A stretch of 64,000 nt of DNA, from assembly GCA_937898195.1 (NCBI GenBank), contig CALEJD010000040.1:24052-88051 (forward strand), given 5' to 3'. This document shows, piece by piece, positions 10,380-17,995 of this stretch (position 1 is its first letter; every line of letters starts with the position of its first letter). The notes under the pieces are model-generated. The model was not told the origin of the DNA. It saw only the letters and a program-made list of their open reading frames with translations, and made no database searches. Position numbers and translations under genes: made by a program. Origin of the DNA: an uncultured Clostridia bacterium. Its GTDB lineage: Bacteria > Bacillota > Clostridia > Oscillospirales > Acutalibacteraceae.

Positions 10380-11899
10380 ACAACAAAGTCTTAATTCAAC
10401 CATATCGTGATATTAGTATCAAGATTTATATTCTTGATTATAAATACACTGTCATCGACGAATTAAGTGGGGTGGCAGAAGACATATCCTTCTCCAACGA
10501 TTCCACCAGCGATATCAGAAGAACAGCATCAATATCTATGGTTCTTGATAGTGGATACACAAACACTGGTGTGCTGAATGAAAGATACTTCTCTGCGGGA
10601 AACGGATTTTGGTTTGATAAATATCTACGAATTGATATTGGGATAGAGAACGAAGCGACTGGCGGTGAGATTGAGTATGTCCAACAAGGTACATATTTAA
10701 TTAACGAGCCGTCCGTAACATACAATGCCACAGATAACACCGTATCCTTTCAAGCGGTTGATTTAATGTCAAAGTTAACTGGTATGCGTAGTGGTAATAT
10801 GCAAGGGATTGCTTATGAAGTTCCCGCTGGAAGTATAATTAGTGATGTTATCGCTTCCACATTAAGAGAACAAGGATTTTATAACTTCGTGCTTGGTCAA
10901 CCAGAAGAACCAACGGTTCCTTATGATATAAAGATTGAGTCTGGTGGGACATCATACGACCTACTTTCCCAACTTCGTGATATTAATCCAAATTGGGAAA
11001 TCTTTTTTGACGTAGATGGAACATTTGTATTTCAGAAAATTCCGAGTGGCGAAATTATTGATGGCGTTCCAGAATATTCTCCAACAGTTGTGGCAGACGA
11101 TGATGTTTGGGATAGGTTACTAATTGATTATAATCTATCTACTTCTTTTGAGCAGGTTAAGAATTACATAGAAGTTTATGGAAAAACCATTGAGAGTGAT
11201 GACATAGCAGAAAATGTTACGGTTGATACAACCAATCGTTCAGTTAGTATGACTTGCTCGACGGCGAAGAAAAGCGACGAGTATTATAAATACGTTCTAT
11301 TTACTATTGGCGATACCACACAAGATAGGGTTGAGTTTACTAATTCATTACAAACATTAACCATTACGGATGGTGAAAACGTAACCACAACAGTTGATTG
11401 TACACCAAATATTTGGTATAACAATATGACTTATGTTGTTCGTGTGGGAATGGATGTTGTGGAATATCTTGGATATCAACAACCTTGTGCCGTTGCGTGG
11501 GAAAACAATGATTCTTCTCCGTTTTATGTCGGTGACACTATTGAACTTGGAGCAGAATCATACACCACACCAACAGATAAGATTATTGATGGCAGACCAT
11601 TTAGTAATATTGTTAGAGTGGTTATGTCTGGTGGTGAATATGATAATATTTATAGTAATCAACTTGCTATTGATAGAGCCGTGTACGAATTATATCAACA
11701 ATGCAGATTGCATGACCAATTAGATATTACATGTGTGCCAATATATTCATTAGATTCTAACCAGATTATCTCAATGACGCTTCCCAATGAGGACGAATTA
11801 AGTTATTGGATTATTAAAAGTGTTAACACAGATTTTAGTGTTACAGGTACACAAACAATTAATGCTATGAGATACTACGCAGAGTATCCTTCTAATTAA
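10376..11899 (+). CDS. baseplate / tail-tip (Tal-like) structural protein
   Basis: 507 aa; ATGA overlap with the upstream gene; N-terminus resembles siphovirus tail-tip protein N-domains (weak). Confidence 0.55.
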   Translation: MNNKVLIQPYRDISIKIYILDYKYTVIDELSGVAEDISFSNDSTSDIRRTASISMVLDSGYTNTGVLNERYFSAGNGFWFDKYLRIDIGIENEATGGEIEYVQQGTYLINEPSVTYNATDNTVSFQAVDLMSKLTGMRSGNMQGIAYEVPAGSIISDVIASTLREQGFYNFVLGQPEEPTVPYDIKIESGGTSYDLLSQLRDINPNWEIFFDVDGTFVFQKIPSGEIIDGVPEYSPTVVADDDVWDRLLIDYNLSTSFEQVKNYIEVYGKTIESDDIAENVTVDTTNRSVSMTCSTAKKSDEYYKYVLFTIGDTTQDRVEFTNSLQTLTITDGENVTTTVDCTPNIWYNNMTYVVRVGMDVVEYLGYQQPCAVAWENNDSSPFYVGDTIELGAESYTTPTDKIIDGRPFSNIVRVVMSGGEYDNIYSNQLAIDRAVYELYQQCRLHDQLDITCVPIYSLDSNQIISMTLPNEDELSYWIIKSVNTDFSVTGTQTINAMRYYAEYPSN

Positions 11900-11928
11900 A
11901 CGCAAGAAAATGAAAGGAGTGATGCAGA

Positions 11929-12618
11929 ATGAGTACGACATTTCCTAATGCTACGCAATCATTTAAGACTTGGCAAGATTTAACATCGGCTCAATTAAAT
12001 GCGTATGTACAGTATATAAATTACTTAAACCAAGGCAATTGGACGGCGGCGAGAAATGTGTTTGAGCAAGGTGGATTATCGCCTAATATGCTCCCCACAG
12101 CCGCAGATTTTAACGCCATGTGCGACACCATTTTGGAGTGCCAAGCGTTATACGAAGCGGAAGACACAAGTGCACAAGGTATACAAGACTTTATGGGTCA
12201 ATTTACATATCGTGGAACGTGGAGTTCGAGTTATATTAGTCAATATAAGAAATTCACGCTGGTGAAATATAATGGTGTGGTTTATCTTGCGGCTCAAGAC
12301 ATTACTACCACAACAGACCCTGCAACAAATTCTGCGTTGTCAAATCCACAGTGGTTAAAAATTGCGCCTGTGACGGCAACGAATGTTACAACTACATTTA
12401 CAGGACAATATGTGGGTGGAACGACGTATGCCGCTGGTGATGTCGTAATTTATAACAATAAATTCTATGTTGCGATAGATTCCACATCCGCAACTCCGAT
12501 AGACACATCCCATTGGACAATGTTGTTTGATATGAATCCATATATTTCGGTTATATCAACCACACGCCCAAACGATATCGTAACTGGCACAATTTGGTTC
12601 CAAGAAGTTACAACATAA
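11929..12618 (+). CDS. tail protein with two CBM5/12-like carbohydrate-binding motifs
   Basis: SD AAAGGAG; YKKFTLVKYNGVVYLAAQD...PQWLKI and YAAGDVVIYNNKFYVAIDS...SHWTML. Confidence 0.6.
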   Translation: MSTTFPNATQSFKTWQDLTSAQLNAYVQYINYLNQGNWTAARNVFEQGGLSPNMLPTAADFNAMCDTILECQALYEAEDTSAQGIQDFMGQFTYRGTWSSSYISQYKKFTLVKYNGVVYLAAQDITTTTDPATNSALSNPQWLKIAPVTATNVTTTFTGQYVGGTTYAAGDVVIYNNKFYVAIDSTSATPIDTSHWTMLFDMNPYISVISTTRPNDIVTGTIWFQEVTT

Positions 12619-12630
12619 GGCGGTGATAAG

Positions 12631-13239
12631 ATGACAAGATTATCACAAGATTATGAGCGCATGCAAAGCACACCGTCTGCTAATAAGGATTTAGTGGATG
12701 AATATCGTGACGATTTTGCACAGGGTGCGATTGGTACGGCGCAATCGTTAATCACATCTGCCACCGACCAGTTAGTAATGAACGCCAGCAAGTTGAATTC
12801 CCTTGTGGAAACCATCAACTACATGCAAGCGTTTTGGGCGGCTGATAAGGAGCAATTTGAGTCGTGGTTCTTGGGGCTGTTTGGTGCAAGCGCATATGAC
12901 ACAACCAAAACCTATCACTCTGGCACCATCGCATCATATAGCGGGGATTATTATATTTGTATCGTTGATGGTACGACGGGTGCGTGGAACGATTCTAAAT
13001 GGATGAAGTTGGGATATACTGGCGTTGGGTTGACATTCAAGGGTGAATATGACGTTAATGAGACATATCCAAATGGAGATTTGACCATTAAGGTTGTGGA
13101 TAATGTACCTACATGGCAATATTATAATGGGTCTGCGTGGACAACAATTGGTTATATGTATGGGAATTTAAGATATCTTGAAGACCCAACCGATGCGTAT
13201 GACGGGGAGATTTACATAACTCCCGGAGCGAATAGTTAG
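12631..13239 (+). CDS. tail protein with a CBM5/12-like motif
   Basis: SD GGCGGTGA; YHSGTIASYSGDYYICIVDGTTGAWNDSKWMKL. Confidence 0.6.
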   Translation: MTRLSQDYERMQSTPSANKDLVDEYRDDFAQGAIGTAQSLITSATDQLVMNASKLNSLVETINYMQAFWAADKEQFESWFLGLFGASAYDTTKTYHSGTIASYSGDYYICIVDGTTGAWNDSKWMKLGYTGVGLTFKGEYDVNETYPNGDLTIKVVDNVPTWQYYNGSAWTTIGYMYGNLRYLEDPTDAYDGEIYITPGANS

Positions 13240-13250
13240 GGGGTGGAGAT

Positions 13251-14090
13251 ATGGCGACATTTACGCAAGGCGATTACACATACGCTTATGACACAGGTTC
13301 AGTAGAACTGGCTGTCGAAGCCACGGATAAAACTAAAACGTCATACGGTACCATTCCTGCATATATTAATTATAACAATACACTATTTGTCGTAACGGGT
13401 GCGACTGAATGCTTTAAGAACTGTACTAATCTAACGAGTGTCGGTGGATTGCCGCATACATTGACGTATATGGACTACTGCTTTCAAGGATGCACATCAT
13501 TAGTAAACGCACCACAGGTTCCTTATGGTGTTATCCATATGGAGAGTTGTTTTAGGGATTGCACAAGTTTAGTTAATGCACCAGTGATTCCAGCCAGTGT
13601 ATATTATGCTAACTACGCATTCTCTGGGTGCACAAACCTTGAAGGATATGTTTTTATAGACCCAAGGGGCTACGTTGTCGCAAGGAGTGAGGGGTTAGCG
13701 GCTTCTTTTAATTTTATCTTTTATAACACTAACCTCGCGAAAGATATATATGTATACTTGGTTGGTACACATGGTCAAGAAACAAGTATGTCTTTTAAGC
13801 AATCAGACATTCGCTCAAGCATTTTACATGGTGCAGGGCACAATGTAAAATTTATGTGCGAACCACAAGATAAAATAACCTACAACAAGGCTTCAACATA
13901 TATGCTTAACAAGGATTCATCTGGTGCAATAAGGCAAACGTCGCTTTGCCCGGAAACTAACGCCAACATTATCCAAGTAGAAATCCCGGCTGTGACACAT
14001 CGTGGCGGCTATAATGAACAAGGGAGTAAACTGAGGGTTAGTCTTTATGATGCGCTAATGGATTTGGAAAACAGGACAATGGGGAGGTGA
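13251..14090 (+). CDS. BspA-type leucine-rich-repeat (LRR_5-like) tail/adhesion protein
   Basis: Repeated CFxxCTxLxxxPxxPxxV units (CFKNCTNLTSV, CFQGCTSLVNAP, CFRDCTSLVNAP, FSGCTNL). Confidence 0.65.
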   Translation: MATFTQGDYTYAYDTGSVELAVEATDKTKTSYGTIPAYINYNNTLFVVTGATECFKNCTNLTSVGGLPHTLTYMDYCFQGCTSLVNAPQVPYGVIHMESCFRDCTSLVNAPVIPASVYYANYAFSGCTNLEGYVFIDPRGYVVARSEGLAASFNFIFYNTNLAKDIYVYLVGTHGQETSMSFKQSDIRSSILHGAGHNVKFMCEPQDKITYNKASTYMLNKDSSGAIRQTSLCPETNANIIQVEIPAVTHRGGYNEQGSKLRVSLYDALMDLENRTMGR

Positions 14091-14096
14091 TGATGT

Positions 14097-15605
14097 ATGG
14101 CATACCATCGTGAGTTTACCGTTGGTGATTATAAATATATAGATGATTTGATATATATCCAGACCCCCGTTTATAATTATGTTCACGCAACGGCAACATC
14201 GAAAACAAAATCGTCATATGGGGCGATAACTAATAATTATATTATTATTAATGGCGTTCTGACCCCAACGATTTATTATGATGGCGAAGATTATATTGTA
14301 TTAAGTTTAGAGGGTTGTTTTAAGAATTGCACCAATTTGGTTAGTTCCCCATCAATCCCATCAACGGTAGAGTATTTGTCTGAATGTTTTAGTGGGTGCA
14401 CAAAACTAACGACTGTCGACGGGTTGCACGATTGTAGTGCTGATTCAATAGATTTATCATATTGCTTTTATAATTGTACTTCTTTAATAACGCCACCAAT
14501 GTTGCCACCATCGCCATCAGGATTAGATTTATCGGGTTGTTTTTCTGGTTGTACGTCTCTTATTGAAGGTGGAGTTCTGGACGGTAGTTACATTGCAAGT
14601 ATGTATCATTGTTACGATGGTTGCACTTCGTTGGTGACTCCACCTATTTTGCCAAATACGATTCAAACGATGGACGCTTGTTTTAAGAATTGTAGTAAAC
14701 TTCAGTCTGCGCCAATTATATACGACGAAGCATATGGCAACAATGTGTCGTTGGTAGACTGTTTCTTTGGTTGCACTTCGTTGAGTGGCGATGTTTATCT
14801 CCCAAGCAGTATTCGATACGTTGGTACAAGTATGTTTGAATCGACTGGCAACATTTCAAATAAAATTTACGTTCACACAAAGTCTGATAGGATAGATGAT
14901 ATAGTTGCAACAAGTTCGTTCACAGAAGACGGAGAAACAAAGTATACAGCGGTGGCTGGCTCAACAAATGTTAATATATGTAACACAAGAAGGTTGACCG
15001 ATGCGGAAAACACGTCGTTCGGTACAACCAACGGTGTTAGGATAGACATGTTGATAGACGGCTCAAAGGCTGGAATTATTGAAGGATTGTCAAGGTCTGG
15101 GATAGTATTTTACAATGCCATAACAAACACGCAAATTACCTTCCCGACCACTCTTGGTTGCGTTAGGTCTTATGCTATTGTTGATAACGTGCCGAACATT
15201 CCTACCGCCATTACGTTTAAGTTTTTAACACGGAATTATTATGAACCAACCATATCCGTTTATGCACCATGTACAGCCCAACCATGTGACCTTATACATG
15301 ACGGTGATACTAACCCCATGTCCATAAACATCACAACACAAAATGTTATTGTGCATGGTGCTGGGAGCGATGCTGTTACGCTATATACATTTCTTGGATT
15401 TCTTTATCGTTATATATATCCGAGCACATATGGCAGATTGATAGCAGACTTTATCGGAAAAAAAACAGATAGAATACAGCAATATGATGGCACAAACGAC
15501 AACACAAAACACATTAACATGACAGCGGATAGCATTAAGGTGACAAACGATTCAACTTTACAAGATGTTATTACGCAGTTATATAATGATTTGAGCGGGA
15601 CATAA
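14097..15605 (+). CDS. BspA-type LRR tail/adhesion protein, larger paralog
   Basis: At least 7 CFxxCTxL repeats; N-terminus FTVGDYKY..ATATSKTKSSYG parallels the 13251 gene. Confidence 0.65.
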   Translation: MAYHREFTVGDYKYIDDLIYIQTPVYNYVHATATSKTKSSYGAITNNYIIINGVLTPTIYYDGEDYIVLSLEGCFKNCTNLVSSPSIPSTVEYLSECFSGCTKLTTVDGLHDCSADSIDLSYCFYNCTSLITPPMLPPSPSGLDLSGCFSGCTSLIEGGVLDGSYIASMYHCYDGCTSLVTPPILPNTIQTMDACFKNCSKLQSAPIIYDEAYGNNVSLVDCFFGCTSLSGDVYLPSSIRYVGTSMFESTGNISNKIYVHTKSDRIDDIVATSSFTEDGETKYTAVAGSTNVNICNTRRLTDAENTSFGTTNGVRIDMLIDGSKAGIIEGLSRSGIVFYNAITNTQITFPTTLGCVRSYAIVDNVPNIPTAITFKFLTRNYYEPTISVYAPCTAQPCDLIHDGDTNPMSINITTQNVIVHGAGSDAVTLYTFLGFLYRYIYPSTYGRLIADFIGKKTDRIQQYDGTNDNTKHINMTADSIKVTNDSTLQDVITQLYNDLSGT

Positions 15606-15639
15606 AAAATAGGGCTATGCAATTTAGCCCTATTTTTTT
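15604..15639. terminator. bidirectional rho-independent terminator between the convergent late and leftward modules
   Basis: A run - TAGGGCTA-tgcaatt-TAGCCCTA - T run. Confidence 0.75.
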
Positions 15640-15985
15640 ACTCTTCATCTTCAAGGTTTAGGTCTGATACGGCACTCCATAAACCGTCACTAACCGTTTT
15701 AACTCTTCGCTCCTTCTTTGGTTTTGTTGGCATTGTTTTGAATACCCAATTTTCAGCCCCATCATATTCTTCTCGTTCGAGCCACCAATCATCGCCACAT
15801 ACGATTAAATCCATAGCGATTTCTTGTGCTCCAAATCCGTTGTCATAATTCACATCGAACAATTCTTGAAATTGGTTTTCTGGAATAGCAAACTCATCGC
15901 AACCAAACCACTTGATGTCATAAATGGTTTTTCCATACTCTCCTAACATGTCAATTGTTTCTTGTAGTAAGTTTATTTCACTCAT
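15638..15985 (-). CDS. hypothetical acidic protein
   Basis: Last gene of the leftward operon; start overlaps the dut stop. Confidence 0.6.
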   Translation of the reverse strand: MSEINLLQETIDMLGEYGKTIYDIKWFGCDEFAIPENQFQELFDVNYDNGFGAQEIAMDLIVCGDDWWLEREEYDGAENWVFKTMPTKPKKERRVKTVSDGLWSAVSDLNLEDEE

Positions 15986-16461
15986 TTTGTTGTACTCCCA
16001 AACCCACCAGTTCTATCTTCGTCAGACCAAGCACCTTCACAAATCATGTAGGGTAAGACAATTCCTTGTGCAAACCCCTTACCCTTCTCAATGGTTACTG
16101 CGTGGTCGGATGGGTTATATAATTTAATCATAATATGCCCTTCATTTTCTGCGTTACAGTAATCACCATCAATAATTCCAACAGTGTTGGCTAACCTAAT
16201 GCCATGCTTAAATCCAAGCCCAGAGCGTGGCACAATTATAAGCCCAAGCGTATAATCAATGTCGTTCACAACCCATCTTATTCCTGTAGGAATGGTGTGG
16301 TATTCGTTTGGGTTGATAGTGATGTCGTATGGGGCGAAGAAATCCATACCCATAGATTTTGCTGTGCCTTGCTTCGGTAGTTTAATATCTTCATATAATC
16401 CAGACATAAACGTACCAGCGTCCTTTATCCATTGTGATTCAGATATTTTTTCAAAGTGCAT
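15982..16461 (-). CDS. dut: dUTP diphosphatase (trimeric dUTPase)
   Basis: Motifs IVPRSGLGFKHGI, GIIDGDY and RTGGFGST; ATG 16461 is preceded by GGGAG and abuts the upstream stop (the track ORF extends to 16521). Confidence 0.85.
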   Translation of the reverse strand: MHFEKISESQWIKDAGTFMSGLYEDIKLPKQGTAKSMGMDFFAPYDITINPNEYHTIPTGIRWVVNDIDYTLGLIIVPRSGLGFKHGIRLANTVGIIDGDYCNAENEGHIMIKLYNPSDHAVTIEKGKGFAQGIVLPYMICEGAWSDEDRTGGFGSTTK

Positions 16462-16462
16462 A

Positions 16463-16894
16463 TTATACTCCCAGAATTGCCGTAAAGAATGCTCTTGCGA
16501 ATTCCTTTCCTTCTTTGTCATCCATAGTAATAGTAATTGGCTCCTCGCGGTGATACTCGTTTATCAACAGTGGTTTATCATAGGCACGGTGATACTCGTT
16601 TATCAACAGTGGTTTATCATAATTGTTGATTAGACGATGCCAATCATCTTTAACGACATCACGCTTCACATACTTGGGGTCGTTACCATATACATATTTC
16701 TTGAGTGCTTTTCTCCATTGTTTATGTGGCACCTTCTTCTTTAGCACACACATCAGAAATCCAGTCAGTTCATCGTACTCATCTTGCTCATCGCATTTAG
16801 AAATAGTCTTTGTGCCATCATCCCAAAACACAATGGTCGCTGGTTCGGAATAAATTACTCTCTCAATCTTTACCTTGTCACTCATCTTCATCAC
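16463..16894 (-). CDS. hypothetical protein containing an in-frame 13-aa tandem duplication
   Basis: Tightly packed in the operon; YDKPLLINEYHRA occurs twice. Confidence 0.6.
   Translation of the reverse strand: MMKMSDKVKIERVIYSEPATIVFWDDGTKTISKCDEQDEYDELTGFLMCVLKKKVPHKQWRKALKKYVYGNDPKYVKRDVVKDDWHRLINNYDKPLLINEYHRAYDKPLLINEYHREEPITITMDDKEGKEFARAFFTAILGV
16548..16621. repeat. 39-bp tandem duplication (35 nt identical)
   Basis: cggtgatactcgtttatcaacagtggtttatcata at 16548 and 16587. Confidence 0.85.
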
Positions 16895-17528
16895 TCTCCT
16901 TATTGATTCCAGTTAGTTCCTTAAACATTGGTAGCGTTAAGATATATTTACAAAATTCTCGCCACTCTGGTAGCCTATGATTGTATCTTTGCAGATACAT
17001 GGTTTTCAGTTGTCCATAATTGGTTACGATGTGTGCAGTTAGTTCAATTCCAGACGGAATGTTATACAATAGCCTTAAATAATTTTCCTTGTTCGGTTCT
17101 TCGTTATATTCATATAGAAGGCGATATACTTCCTTCTTCGTTCCTTCGGTGACGTAATCATTGAATACGTTTTGCTCCAGCAACCCCTTCACTCTATGCA
17201 TAGTGGACTGGCTACTTACAATCTCTGCAAAATGATAGCGTTGGAATTCCACCCACATCTTGTTTGTGCATGTTAGGTCGAATGACACAAGTACACCATG
17301 CAGAAAGTTATCATGTCCACTCCCACGTTCCATTGCACCTAATTTTTTAGCGATTCTTATAGCGTTGGAGTGGGTTACTTTAGCATCAACACTCATGGGG
17401 TAGCCGCTCGCTTCCATTGCTCTATGAAGATTATATACGTTGCAATCATTTATTCTCACCAAACCACGCCCTTTCGATGTGCTCAACAGCCTTACGCCTA
17501 TTTTCTGGCAAGAACTCCTTCGTGTCAT
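16878..17528 (-). CDS. ThyX-fold-like protein with a degenerate active-site motif (function uncertain; start uncertain, possibly GTG 17459)
   Basis: GHDNFLHGVLVSFDL...WVEFQRYHFAEIVSSQST and TNYGQLKTMYLQR align loosely to ThyX GHETPFEH...RHRxxSxxxxSxRY and NARSLMNFLNLR. Confidence 0.45.
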   Translation of the reverse strand: MTRRSSCQKIGVRLLSTSKGRGLVRINDCNVYNLHRAMEASGYPMSVDAKVTHSNAIRIAKKLGAMERGSGHDNFLHGVLVSFDLTCTNKMWVEFQRYHFAEIVSSQSTMHRVKGLLEQNVFNDYVTEGTKKEVYRLLYEYNEEPNKENYLRLLYNIPSGIELTAHIVTNYGQLKTMYLQRYNHRLPEWREFCKYILTLPMFKELTGINKESDEDE

Positions 17529-17859
17529 CTAATATAACTAAGTTTGACCATCTTGATAGTGACTTTCTTTGTTTTTCCGCTATGATGTTCATCCCTTCTT
17601 CAATATGTTCGTATCTAATTTCGTTAATCAGCAGACCACGAAGCAGAGCATTGGGAATGTCGCATGCTTTTAACTGATAAAACGGATTGACTTCATCTTT
17701 ATGTTCTGGCTCACCTGTCGGGATATAAAACAGCATATCTTGTCTCACATATTGCCACGGAAAGAATCCGTACTTCCACGCTACGCTGTAATACACGTCG
17801 ATGAAGTTATCGTTATTCTTTACTTCGTTAACCTTGAACCTAAACTTTACATCCTTCAT
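17446..17859 (-). CDS. hypothetical protein
   Basis: SD AAGGAG upstream of ATG 17859. Confidence 0.6.
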   Translation of the reverse strand: MKDVKFRFKVNEVKNNDNFIDVYYSVAWKYGFFPWQYVRQDMLFYIPTGEPEHKDEVNPFYQLKACDIPNALLRGLLINEIRYEHIEEGMNIIAEKQRKSLSRWSNLVILDDTKEFLPENRRKAVEHIERAWFGENK

Positions 17860-17995
17860 TTTGTGCTCCTTATTTTCGATTTAAGCAAGGTTTATATGTG
17901 CATTTGATACCTAACCCCATATCGGTATAAAAGTCGCTTAAATCTATATTTTCTTGCAAAATTTGCATTGTTTTAGGGGTAAGTAGGTGGGCAGA

